64,000 nucleotides of DNA from Chthoniobacterales bacterium (GCA_036498205.1 DASXIC010000015.1:152-64151), one strand, 5' to 3'. Shown: positions 7,430 to 16,308, numbered from the stretch's first letter. Notes: generated by a model from the letters alone, not told the origin. A program made the numbers and translations.

Positions 7430-9271
7430 TTAACGCAGACCAAGATGGACGTCGTAATTACGCGCCACCAGCAGCGCCTTGGCCGCCTCGAAGTCGCGAC
7501 CCTGCTTCTTCAAATATTCCTGCAGTAGCTGCCACGATTCCGCCCGATACCATTCCGTTTTCAGCAGCTCGCGTAATTCCGCGATCGCAATTTCCGTTCG
7601 GCCGCATTCATCCAATGCCCGAAGATAGCGGTGTTCAACCGACCATGCAGGCGGCGCGATGCGCGATGCCAATCGCAAACGCATGAGGTCAATCTCGCCT
7701 CTTTGCTTGTTTTCCAATACCACCATCATTTCCTGGGCTTTCGCTTCACTGATCGGATTCTTTAATGCTTGCTCGATAAAGTCGCGCGCCCCGGGCAGGT
7801 CATTCTTTTTCAATGCCACGGCCGCCAGGTTTAAGAGGGCAAACGGTTGGTGGGGTTGTTTCGCCAGCGCTCGGCGCAGCAATGCCTCGGCCCGATCGAG
7901 ATTTCCATCGGTCATTTCAAGCCCCCCAAGATTGATTAACATCCGCGCGGAATCTCCACCGGCGGCAATCGTTCGCTCAAGAAACGTGCGTTGGTCCTTC
8001 CAATCGCAGGCGCGTGAAAATGTGCGCAGGCCGAGAAATGCGATCCACACGGCTACTATCGCGCCAGTACCGAAACGCATGGTGTGATTGCGTGTGACTC
8101 GCGCGATCTCAATCGAAATAGCCGCCAAAACGAAGGCGGACGGAACGTAGATCCAATGCTCGGCGATGGTGGCGTTGAGAATGAATAAGCCACACACAGG
8201 GAGATAAGAGACGAGGGCAAAAATCAATAAGGCGAAGAGCAACGGCTCTCGTCGCCGGGCCCGAACCATCCAGATGACCAGCAGGCCAATTAGAGCGACG
8301 CCAACCAGAGTTTGCAGTTCGCGCCAGGCATTCGCTGTAAGACCGGCGTTGCTTAATTCCGCAAGATGACTTTCGACATCACGTTCCACGTGCAAATTAA
8401 ATGGGAACAAGAATGTGCCGGTATACTCAGCGAGAGCGCGCGCGGCGATGAGTGGCCGGACGAGAAGTGGGGCCGGTTGGTTCAGTTGCGGTACCAATGT
8501 TTGCTCTGATTGGATGCGGAGCGTCGCGTAAATCGTAAGAACGAAAGCGATGGTTACTCCGGCCGGAATCAACGCATGCCACTGCCGGCGCAGAAGAAGT
8601 AGTGCCAGCCACAGCAAAGTAAAAATCAACCCACTTTCTTTGCTCAGTGCTGCGAACAAAAATGCGACTCCGGCCATAGGAATGAATTTCAACGCCCCGC
8701 GCGAAGACGCCGCTAATGCTCGAATGGCAAAATATAAGCCAGTAAATCCGAACAATGCTGCCAGCGCATCCGCCCGGCCGGAAACGTAGTCGATCACCGC
8801 CGAGTGGAGTGGGTGCAGAGTCCACGCCAGTGTCGAGAACGAGGCAAGGATCCACCGCGATTTTTCGCTGACGCCATAAAGCTCCAGTAACGCGAGTGCG
8901 AAACTAAATAACGCTATGGCCGCGCAAACCTGCAAAAGAATGCTGGTCGCGTGGTAGGGAAGGGGTCGAAACCCGAACGCCCAGTATTCAAGCGTATATG
9001 TGAGCCGTTGGAGTGGCCGGAAAAAATTCGAAGGCGTCGCGTCGACGAACAGAAAATGCTGGAACCCTTCCGGAATAAGTCGCCAGCTGCGAATAAGGGG
9101 ATCACGCAGAACGAGGGCCGTGTCGTCCCAAACAAACTCCGCGCGCAATGCGGGCAGGTGCGCGGCCACAGTGAGGGCAACGAGCGTGCTTAGGACAGCC
9201 AATCGTTGTCTTATTGAGGGAAAGGCGGTTGCAGTGTCCGCCGAATCAAGGTTTAGATAAGTGTGCCTCAC
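7430..9271 (-). CDS. TMTC/PMT-like GT-C membrane glycosyltransferase with C-terminal TPR repeats
   Basis: 613 aa. The N-terminal part is polytopic with an acidic first-loop motif (AEFVWDDTALV). The C-terminal ~200 aa are TPR-like (GNLDRAEALLRRALAKQPHQPFALLNLAAVALKKNDLPGARDFIEQAL). The start is GTG and uncertain. Confidence 0.6.
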   Translation of the reverse strand: MRHTYLNLDSADTATAFPSIRQRLAVLSTLVALTVAAHLPALRAEFVWDDTALVLRDPLIRSWRLIPEGFQHFLFVDATPSNFFRPLQRLTYTLEYWAFGFRPLPYHATSILLQVCAAIALFSFALALLELYGVSEKSRWILASFSTLAWTLHPLHSAVIDYVSGRADALAALFGFTGLYFAIRALAASSRGALKFIPMAGVAFLFAALSKESGLIFTLLWLALLLLRRQWHALIPAGVTIAFVLTIYATLRIQSEQTLVPQLNQPAPLLVRPLIAARALAEYTGTFLFPFNLHVERDVESHLAELSNAGLTANAWRELQTLVGVALIGLLVIWMVRARRREPLLFALLIFALVSYLPVCGLFILNATIAEHWIYVPSAFVLAAISIEIARVTRNHTMRFGTGAIVAVWIAFLGLRTFSRACDWKDQRTFLERTIAAGGDSARMLINLGGLEMTDGNLDRAEALLRRALAKQPHQPFALLNLAAVALKKNDLPGARDFIEQALKNPISEAKAQEMMVVLENKQRGEIDLMRLRLASRIAPPAWSVEHRYLRALDECGRTEIAIAELRELLKTEWYRAESWQLLQEYLKKQGRDFEAAKALLVARNYDVHLGLR

Positions 9272-9277
9272 TTTAGA

Positions 9278-10015
9278 ATGCTCATGCCATTGCTGGCGCT
9301 GCTAGTTGCCAGCAGCGCTCATGCCGCCGGTTTACCCCCGGATTGCAGTCAGCTCGTCGTCGGGGTCGCGCCCGGCTGGAATTCGATGCGAGGGCAATTA
9401 TTTTTGCTCGAGAAATCGGGTGCAGAGTGGCACCGACAAGCTGGCCCGGTTCCGGTATTGTTTGGGAAAAACGGGTTGGCCTGGGGAAGCGGCGTTGCCG
9501 GACAAAACGAGCAGGGTTTGCGCAAACATGAGCGCGACGGCCGGGCGCCCGCGGGAATATTTCGAATCGGCAAAATATATACCTACGACTCGTCACTTCC
9601 GGCCGGCGCAGATTACCCGTTCCATCAGGTTAGCGAGGCCGATATTTGGAGTGATGATCCGCGGTCACCGAACTATAACCGGCACGTCGTCATCGATCCG
9701 CGAAATCCGCCGGACAATTATAGCCACGAAAAGATGCGGCCGGGCGATTTCGCTTATCACTGGTTGATAGAGATCCGACATAATTCCGACCCGCCGGTGC
9801 CCGGCGACGGGAGCGCGATTTTTTTTCATATTCGGCGTGGAATTGATCGCCCGACTACGGGATGCACCACGATGGCGGAGGAGGATTTGATACAGATGAT
9901 CAAGTGGCTGCGCGCATCGAAGAATCCATGTTACGCTTTGCTAACAGCGCACGATTATTCCGCTAAACGGCAGGCTTGGAATCTGCCGCCACCGGATTTG
10001 GTAGGGCTGCCTTGA
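9278..10015 (+). CDS. L,D-transpeptidase (YkuD) family protein, secreted
   Basis: Signal peptide MLMPLLALLVASSAHA from the ATG at 9278. A catalytic-type motif GSAIFFHIRRGIDRPTTGCTTM (His ... Gly-Cys) is present. Confidence 0.65.
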   Translation: MLMPLLALLVASSAHAAGLPPDCSQLVVGVAPGWNSMRGQLFLLEKSGAEWHRQAGPVPVLFGKNGLAWGSGVAGQNEQGLRKHERDGRAPAGIFRIGKIYTYDSSLPAGADYPFHQVSEADIWSDDPRSPNYNRHVVIDPRNPPDNYSHEKMRPGDFAYHWLIEIRHNSDPPVPGDGSAIFFHIRRGIDRPTTGCTTMAEEDLIQMIKWLRASKNPCYALLTAHDYSAKRQAWNLPPPDLVGLP

Positions 10016-11348
10016 AGCTCTTCTTCCGCCACAGCTCCCAACATTCGCGAAATCCGGGCGCCAAATCTTCCGGCTTCTGCGTCACCCACTTGTTAACGAT
10101 GCCAGCGGGAAAGAATTCCAACGCCGTAATCTCCCTGGGCGGGAACGCAAATGGTCCTTCATGTTCCCCAAGATAAACCCAGATGAATTCTTGTCCTGTT
10201 CTCTCCGAAGCCGGAATTTTGCCTATACGCTGTAGGTTCGTTTGAACCCCAAGCTCCTCATCCAATTCCCGCCTGGCCGCTTCGTCATATCCCTCCTTAG
10301 CCTCGACGTGGCCCGCCGCGCTTGAATCCCAGAGCAAAGGATGCCGGTCTTTCCAAGCAGAACGTTTTTGCAGTAGAACCTCCCCTTTTTTGTTGAAAAT
10401 CAGGATGTGAACGGCCCGATGCCGAAAGTTATTCTCATGAACCTCGGCGCGCGTCGCCTCACCGATTTTCGTGTCATTTTCATCGACTACGGGAAAACGT
10501 TCCGCTGGCGTCGCCGCTTCGCTTTTTTCGCTGTCCGCATGGATGGAATTCGCCAGCGCGATCCATTGTTCGCGCGAGAGTTCTTCCGCGCGCGCAGCGA
10601 AAGGAGTCCCGATTCTTTGGGCGGCTTCTTCCCAATTCTGAATTCGTCCTCCCAGTAATTTGCGCAGCTGCTTTCGCCGCTGTGAAAAGCCGTCTCGGAC
10701 GATCTCATCGAAGGTCGAAAAGTCGAAAAGTGCAATCTCATTTTCCGGCCGCGGTACAATCCGGATCAAAGCTGAGGCGACGTCCGGCTGAGGAAAAAAA
10801 ACCGTTTTCGGAATTTTCCGAAGATACTCGACTTGATAGTGTAATTGAATGCGCAGAGAGAGCGCACCATAGTCCCGATTGGAAGGATCAGCGGCGATTC
10901 GTCGCGCCATCTCATCCTGTAACATGAACAATGCCAGGCTAATGCAGCTTGGCCAGTTCAGGAAATGAATCAAGAGTTGACTTGCTATATAATAGGGAAG
11001 GTTCCCTAATACCTTCACGCTGCGTTCGGCAAAAAGAGCGCGTCCATCGTACTTTAACGCGTCCTCCCGCCTGACCTCGAAACGCGGGTTTGGAAATCTT
11101 TGGCGTAAGAATTCAACCAGTCTCGCATCTTTTTCGAGCGCGAGGAGACGGGCGCCTCGAGCAAGGATCTGCGCCGTCAACGCCCCGAGGCCGGGGCCTA
11201 TTTCCACAACAAAATCATCTGCCGCCACCCGGGCCTGCTCAACGATCCATCGAGCAAGATTTTGATCGTGGAGGAAATTTTGACCCAACGTTTTGACCGG
11301 CCGGACGCGCGTTTCCTGCAGAGCAGCACGGATTTCAGAAAGATTCAT
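9963..11348 (-). CDS. rsmA: 16S rRNA (adenine1518/1519-N6)-dimethyltransferase RsmA/KsgA fused to a C-terminal Nudix hydrolase domain
   Basis: KsgA motifs are present: KTLGQNFLHD, VVEIGPGLGALT, VLGNLPYYI. The C-terminal ~180 aa carry an intact Nudix box GHVEAKEGYDEAARRELDEELGV (10245-10313). The start is set at MNLSEIR (11348). The ORF is continuous with no internal stop. Confidence 0.8.
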   Translation of the reverse strand: MNLSEIRAALQETRVRPVKTLGQNFLHDQNLARWIVEQARVAADDFVVEIGPGLGALTAQILARGARLLALEKDARLVEFLRQRFPNPRFEVRREDALKYDGRALFAERSVKVLGNLPYYIASQLLIHFLNWPSCISLALFMLQDEMARRIAADPSNRDYGALSLRIQLHYQVEYLRKIPKTVFFPQPDVASALIRIVPRPENEIALFDFSTFDEIVRDGFSQRRKQLRKLLGGRIQNWEEAAQRIGTPFAARAEELSREQWIALANSIHADSEKSEAATPAERFPVVDENDTKIGEATRAEVHENNFRHRAVHILIFNKKGEVLLQKRSAWKDRHPLLWDSSAAGHVEAKEGYDEAARRELDEELGVQTNLQRIGKIPASERTGQEFIWVYLGEHEGPFAFPPREITALEFFPAGIVNKWVTQKPEDLAPGFRECWELWRKKSFKAALPNPVAADSKPAV

Positions 11349-11474
11349 TCTGACGTTACCGAGCCGGGGTAAAAACCGCGCAGTCTGTTCACAAAAGGTT
11401 GTGAACAAATTGCGAGGCAGAGAAGACGATTGTACACAAGTTATTCACCTCACCCAAACGGGGGCGCTGACTAA

Positions 11475-12614
11475 TCAACGCAACTGCAACATCGGCGGTT
11501 TTTTGCGTTTCCGGCCCTTCAGATAGGTTCTCCGGGCTTCATGCAGTGTCACGCCTTCCAGAAAATAGGCGGAGGCCGCATGCCCGATGGCGTAGGTACC
11601 GGCGCCGGCCACCATGCCGCAGACGACATTGCCCCAACCCGGGATGAACTTCAAAAGGGCGCGTGCCCCCTCCCTGAGGAGCATTCCTGCGCCGACGTTG
11701 GCCCCCATGGCACCTACGAACTCTGTGGCCGCCCTCAAACTGCGCGGGCGACCGCTCAGATACATAATACCGGAAACCATAACCAGCTGCAGAGTTGTCA
11801 GGATCGGGAGATCGGCGAGTGGAATAGGCTGCGCTCCGATCGCGGTACAGATTGCGGTGGTGGATTTGATGAGGACCGACGCAATTTCACGTTGCGCTTC
11901 GCGATCATTAGAGATCCGGACGATTTCCACCCGACAATCGTTCGGGAGCCTTCTTGCCAGCAATGAGACGAATTGTTGCGAAGCGTTGTAGTCCGCGACT
12001 GTTGGATTGTTTTCACTCGAAAATTCGAAGCCGCCCCAAAATCGGCCGTGCAGCTCGGGTTTAATTTTTTCAAACCAGTCGATGCGGGGGAGGCGTCCGT
12101 TGCGATTTGTCGAACTGGTCGGGTTGAAATGAATTGCAACGATCCCGGCATTAGAATGCACGCGGTCATTCCAATGCACACATTGATTTCCGTTTTCGGC
12201 GCTCCGCTTGACCTTGGTACGGCCTTCGGCGGCGTCGCTGATTACCAGAATCGCGTCGGCGGATTGCCGGCCCAGTTCTTCCCGGATAGTGTCCTCGGCC
12301 TCGTCGTCAGCGCCGCGCGCATCGAGCAGAGCAATCGCGCCTCGATTCTTGATCTCGAGCGTTTGCCAGCGAAAAACTTCGGATAAGATTTTCGGCGGCT
12401 CAGCTGGAGTCTCGCCGTTAAATAGCAGATTCACGATCTGTGGCATGGGCAGACGCCCCGCGCCTGCCACTAGAAAACGGGGCAGTCGCTGTTGTAAAAA
12501 AAGTTCTTTGAGGGGCGTGAGCTCGTGCAAAACGGGTTTCTGGATTGCGCCGGGCAATTTCCCCAGCAAACCCTCCAGTCGCTCGACGATGTGTAGCAGT
12601 GCCGTTCGATTCAC
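11475..12614 (-). CDS. DUF697-type membrane-associated protein with a degenerate GTPase-like N-terminal domain
   Basis: The C-terminal Gly-rich amphipathic/hydrophobic block PIPLADLPILTTLQLVMVSGIMYL...GANVGAGMLLREG...GWGNVVCGMVAGAGTYAIGHAA is typical of DUF697 as I recall it. The N-terminal FLVAGAGRLPMPQIVNLL sits where a P-loop would be but lacks GK[ST]. GTG start. Confidence 0.5.
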   Translation of the reverse strand: MNRTALLHIVERLEGLLGKLPGAIQKPVLHELTPLKELFLQQRLPRFLVAGAGRLPMPQIVNLLFNGETPAEPPKILSEVFRWQTLEIKNRGAIALLDARGADDEAEDTIREELGRQSADAILVISDAAEGRTKVKRSAENGNQCVHWNDRVHSNAGIVAIHFNPTSSTNRNGRLPRIDWFEKIKPELHGRFWGGFEFSSENNPTVADYNASQQFVSLLARRLPNDCRVEIVRISNDREAQREIASVLIKSTTAICTAIGAQPIPLADLPILTTLQLVMVSGIMYLSGRPRSLRAATEFVGAMGANVGAGMLLREGARALLKFIPGWGNVVCGMVAGAGTYAIGHAASAYFLEGVTLHEARRTYLKGRKRKKPPMLQLR

Positions 12615-12699
12615 GCCTCCTCAATCAGTCGCGAAATCGCCTGGAATGCAAGAAAGCGAAAACGTTTTGTGCGCTAGCCGGTAGCGATTATAAAGCGGA

Positions 12700-14709
12700 A
12701 TGGCCTTAAATATTGAAGCTCTCTCCCGGGCTGCGAACGAGGCGCGCGGTCTGGCGATGGACGCGGTGCAGGCATCGCAGTCGGGTCACCTGGGACTTCC
12801 GCTGGGATGTGCGGAGATGGGTGCCGTTCTTTATGGGTATCTTCTCAAGCAAAATCCCGAGCAACCGCGCTGGATCGGGCGTGATTATTTCATTCTCTCG
12901 GCCGGTCACGGCAGCATGTTTCTTTACGCCTGGCTGCACATGAGCGGATACGATCTTTCGATCGAGGAGATCAAACGTTTCCGTCAATTACACAGCAAGA
13001 CGCCCGGTCATCCGGAATATTTTGAAACGCCGGGAGTTGAATGCACGACAGGCCCGCTAGGGCAGGGGGTGGGAAATGCGGTGGGAGTGGCAATGGCCGC
13101 AAAAATGGCGGCCGCTCATTTTAACACCTCTGAACACCGCATTTTCGATCAACACATTTTCTGTCTGGCGGGGGACGGCTGTCTGCAGGAAGGCGTCTCA
13201 TCGGAAGCAAGTGCCTTCGCCGGGCATTTCGGGCTCGATAACCTGATACTCATCTACGACTCGAACGCGATCACGCTGGATGCAATGGCAAAGCAAACGC
13301 AGAGCGAGAATACGCGGAAGCGCTATGAAGCCTACGGTTTCGACGTCCAGGAAATTCAAGGCGATGACATGCAGGAATTCCTCGACGCGCTGAACGTCGC
13401 CAAGGAGCGCGATAACGGAAAACCGCAATTCATCATCGCGCATACTCTCGTTGGCAAAGGGATTCCGGAGATAGAAGGTACCTCCAAGGCGCATGGAGAA
13501 GCCGGCGCAAAATACGTCGATGCCGCCCGCAAAAATCTCGGGTTACCGGAGCAGCATTATTTCGTTTCGAAGGAGACCTACGAATATTTCGCGGCGCACA
13601 AAAAAAAGCTGCTGGCGGACTTCGCCCGTTGGGAAAGTACCTGGGAGGAATGGCGCAAAGCTAATCCAGATAAGGCTCGCACGCTCGACAATGCCATCGA
13701 CAAAAAAATCCCCAACGATTTGCTGGAAAAAATCCCGCCGTTTCCCAAAGATGCGAAGCTCGCGACCCGCAAAGCCGGAAGCGAAGCTTTGCAGCCCATC
13801 GCGCAGGCCCTGCCCAATTTGATCGGCGGAAGTGCCGATCTTTACGGCTCCACTTTAAACTACATCAACGGCGGCGGCGATTTCACTCGCGATACGCCCG
13901 GCGGCCGAAATATTCGCTTTGGGATACGCGAACACGGCATGTGCGCAATCATGAACGGAGTTGCTTATCATGGCGTTTTTCGCGCGTCTGGCGCTACCTT
14001 CCTCGTCTTTTCCGATTACGCGCGCCCGGCCATTCGCCTGGCCGCACTCGCCAAGCTGCCGAACATTTATATTTTCACGCATGACTCGATTGGCGTCGGC
14101 GAAGATGGGCCGACGCACGAGCCAGTCGAGACGGTCAGCGCTCTTCGATTGATCCCGCAACTGGATGTTATTCGACCGGCGGATGCAGAGGAAACGGCTG
14201 GAGCATTTGTCGCCGCCTGCGAGCGAATTGATGGCCCCACTTTGCTTGCGCTCACGCGTCAAACGGTGCCGATCCTCAATGAAATTGATTTTCAGTTGCG
14301 TCGGGATGGGGTGCGCCGCGGTGGCTACGTTGCGAAGCGAGAGACCGCCGCCCTGGATCTGATTATTCTCTCGTGTGGGAGCGAGCTACAGCACGCTCTG
14401 GCCGCAGCAAAGGAGCTCGGAGCAGGGACCCGGGTAGTTTCCATGCCCTGTATGGAACGCTTCAATCGCGAACCAGACGAATATCGTGAAGAAGTCTTGC
14501 CAAAATCTTGCCGAAGACGCGTGGCGATAGAAGCCGGTGTGCCGCAGACCTGGTATCAATTTGTTGGCCTGGATGGGAAAGTGATTGGACTGCACCGTTT
14601 CGGCCTGAGTGCCCCTGGGGCCGAAGTGATGAAGGAATTCGGAATTGATGCCCAGCACGTGATCGAGGCGGCACGGTCGCTCACGCAATCACACCGGGTG
14701 TCATCCTGA
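12700..14709 (+). CDS. tkt: Transketolase
   Basis: 669 aa with SGHLGLPLGCAEM, the ThDP motif GDGCLQEGVSSEA, and GIREHGM...THDSIGVGEDGPTHEP. Confidence 0.95.
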   Translation: MALNIEALSRAANEARGLAMDAVQASQSGHLGLPLGCAEMGAVLYGYLLKQNPEQPRWIGRDYFILSAGHGSMFLYAWLHMSGYDLSIEEIKRFRQLHSKTPGHPEYFETPGVECTTGPLGQGVGNAVGVAMAAKMAAAHFNTSEHRIFDQHIFCLAGDGCLQEGVSSEASAFAGHFGLDNLILIYDSNAITLDAMAKQTQSENTRKRYEAYGFDVQEIQGDDMQEFLDALNVAKERDNGKPQFIIAHTLVGKGIPEIEGTSKAHGEAGAKYVDAARKNLGLPEQHYFVSKETYEYFAAHKKKLLADFARWESTWEEWRKANPDKARTLDNAIDKKIPNDLLEKIPPFPKDAKLATRKAGSEALQPIAQALPNLIGGSADLYGSTLNYINGGGDFTRDTPGGRNIRFGIREHGMCAIMNGVAYHGVFRASGATFLVFSDYARPAIRLAALAKLPNIYIFTHDSIGVGEDGPTHEPVETVSALRLIPQLDVIRPADAEETAGAFVAACERIDGPTLLALTRQTVPILNEIDFQLRRDGVRRGGYVAKRETAALDLIILSCGSELQHALAAAKELGAGTRVVSMPCMERFNREPDEYREEVLPKSCRRRVAIEAGVPQTWYQFVGLDGKVIGLHRFGLSAPGAEVMKEFGIDAQHVIEAARSLTQSHRVSS

Positions 14710-14805
14710 GCGGAGCGAAGGATCTCACACAACTAAATGACTGACCCGACTCAACTAGGGTGACGAACGACCTTAGGTGAGGTCCCTGGCGCTGCTCGGG
14801 ATGAC
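14700..14805. repeat. REPIN/MITE-like inverted-repeat element, copy A
   Basis: Left arm GTCATCCTGAGCGGAGCGAAGGATCTC (14700-14726). The right arm GAGGTCCCTGGCGCTGCTCGGGATGAC (14779-14805) is its imperfect reverse complement. The same arm motif recurs at 21870-21976 and 52249-52374. Confidence 0.7.
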
Positions 14806-14826
14806 GCCTTGGAGATTTGCGACCGT

Positions 14827-16308
14827 CTAGTGCGGTTCGACTGTTTCCCGCGCCCGATCTTCGAAACGGGTGAATTCTTTGAGGAAGGTCAGCGGAATTT
14901 CGCCGACCGGACCGTTTCGCTGCTTGGCGATGATCAGTTCTGCCTCCCCTTCTTTTTCCGCACGCGCTTCTTCGTCTTCCTCGTATATCTCGGGGCGCAC
15001 AAGCAGACCGACGAGATCCGCATCCTGCTCGATTGAACCGGACTCTCGTAGATCGCTCAGGCGCGGTTTGCCGCCGGAACGCGCTTCCGGTTGTCGATTG
15101 AGTTGAGCAATAACGATCACCGGAATTTTCAGTTCCTTGGCCAGCCCTTTCAAACCCGCGGAGATTTCGGAAATTTCCAGCTGCCGATTGTCCTGCGCGC
15201 GCCGAGTGGTGGAGCGTAACAGTTGAAGGTAATCGACCACGATCAATTGCACGTCCTGCTGCGCTCTTAATCGACGCGCTTTGGCGCGTAATTCGAGAAT
15301 GCTCAGCGCGGCCGTGTCATCGATAAAAATGCGCGACTCGGCAAGTTTGGAAGCAGCCGCCGTCAAACTCGGGAAGTCGCGCTCGGCCAGAAACCCGTCG
15401 CGCACACGCTGGAGATTGACGCGCGCGCGCGAGCAAAGCATGCGTTGCACGAGTTGCTGACTGCTCATCTCCAAGCTGAAAACTCCGACAGGCAACTTCT
15501 GATTAATCGCGACGTGCTCGGCAATATTCATCGCCAGCGCCGTTTTTCCCATGCTCGGCCGCGCTGCGATCACGACCATTTCCGATGGATGTAATCCGTT
15601 CGTCATGCGATCGAGTTCGTTGAAGCCGGTAGATATTCCCGTAATTCCCCCGCGCCGCTCGTAGAGCTTCTCAATCGACTCCAGCGCACCCATCACCTGC
15701 TCCTTCATCGTCAGGAGCTGGCCTTTGAAGCGGTCGTCACCAACATTGAAAATCTTTTGCTCGACTTCGTCGAGAAGCGCTCCGACTTCGCCTTGTTCGT
15801 CGTAAGCGCGGCGAACGCCTTCCGTGCATGTGCTGATGATTTGCCGCAGAACGTATTTGTCCCGAACAATCTCCAGGTAGTAGTCGACGTTCGCGGCCGT
15901 CGGCACAAAGGTGAAGAGACTGGTGACGAACGGGGCGCCCCCGATCGTTTCGAGCAAATTCTGGTCGCGCAACGTCTGGGTGAACGTAATCAAGTCGATC
16001 GCCTGACCGGCATTCCATTGCTCGACCAGGACGCGAAAAACCGTCTGGTGTGCCGGAATATAAAAATATTCCTCAGTGATTTTTTCGACGCACTCCGGAA
16101 TTGCGTCCTGTGGCGAAATCAACATCGAACCGAGAACGCCCTGCTCGGCTTCCACGCCATGGGGCGGCGCCCGGTGAATATCCTGTGCCGAACCTGTTAG
16201 TGACCCCTGAAAAACCCTTCCGCCACTCTGCCCAGCCGAGCCTCTGTCAGCGCCATTTGGCGCTGTCTTGCGAGGCTTCTCAGGACCGTTTCCCTGAGAG
16301 CTCGGCAT
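14827..16308 (-). CDS. dnaB: Replicative DNA helicase DnaB
   Basis: PPHGVEAEQGVLGSMLI, Walker A ARPSMGKTA, and IVVDYLQL...LKGLAKELKIPVIVIAQLNR. Confidence 0.95.
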   Translation of the reverse strand: MPSSQGNGPEKPRKTAPNGADRGSAGQSGGRVFQGSLTGSAQDIHRAPPHGVEAEQGVLGSMLISPQDAIPECVEKITEEYFYIPAHQTVFRVLVEQWNAGQAIDLITFTQTLRDQNLLETIGGAPFVTSLFTFVPTAANVDYYLEIVRDKYVLRQIISTCTEGVRRAYDEQGEVGALLDEVEQKIFNVGDDRFKGQLLTMKEQVMGALESIEKLYERRGGITGISTGFNELDRMTNGLHPSEMVVIAARPSMGKTALAMNIAEHVAINQKLPVGVFSLEMSSQQLVQRMLCSRARVNLQRVRDGFLAERDFPSLTAAASKLAESRIFIDDTAALSILELRAKARRLRAQQDVQLIVVDYLQLLRSTTRRAQDNRQLEISEISAGLKGLAKELKIPVIVIAQLNRQPEARSGGKPRLSDLRESGSIEQDADLVGLLVRPEIYEEDEEARAEKEGEAELIIAKQRNGPVGEIPLTFLKEFTRFEDRARETVEPH

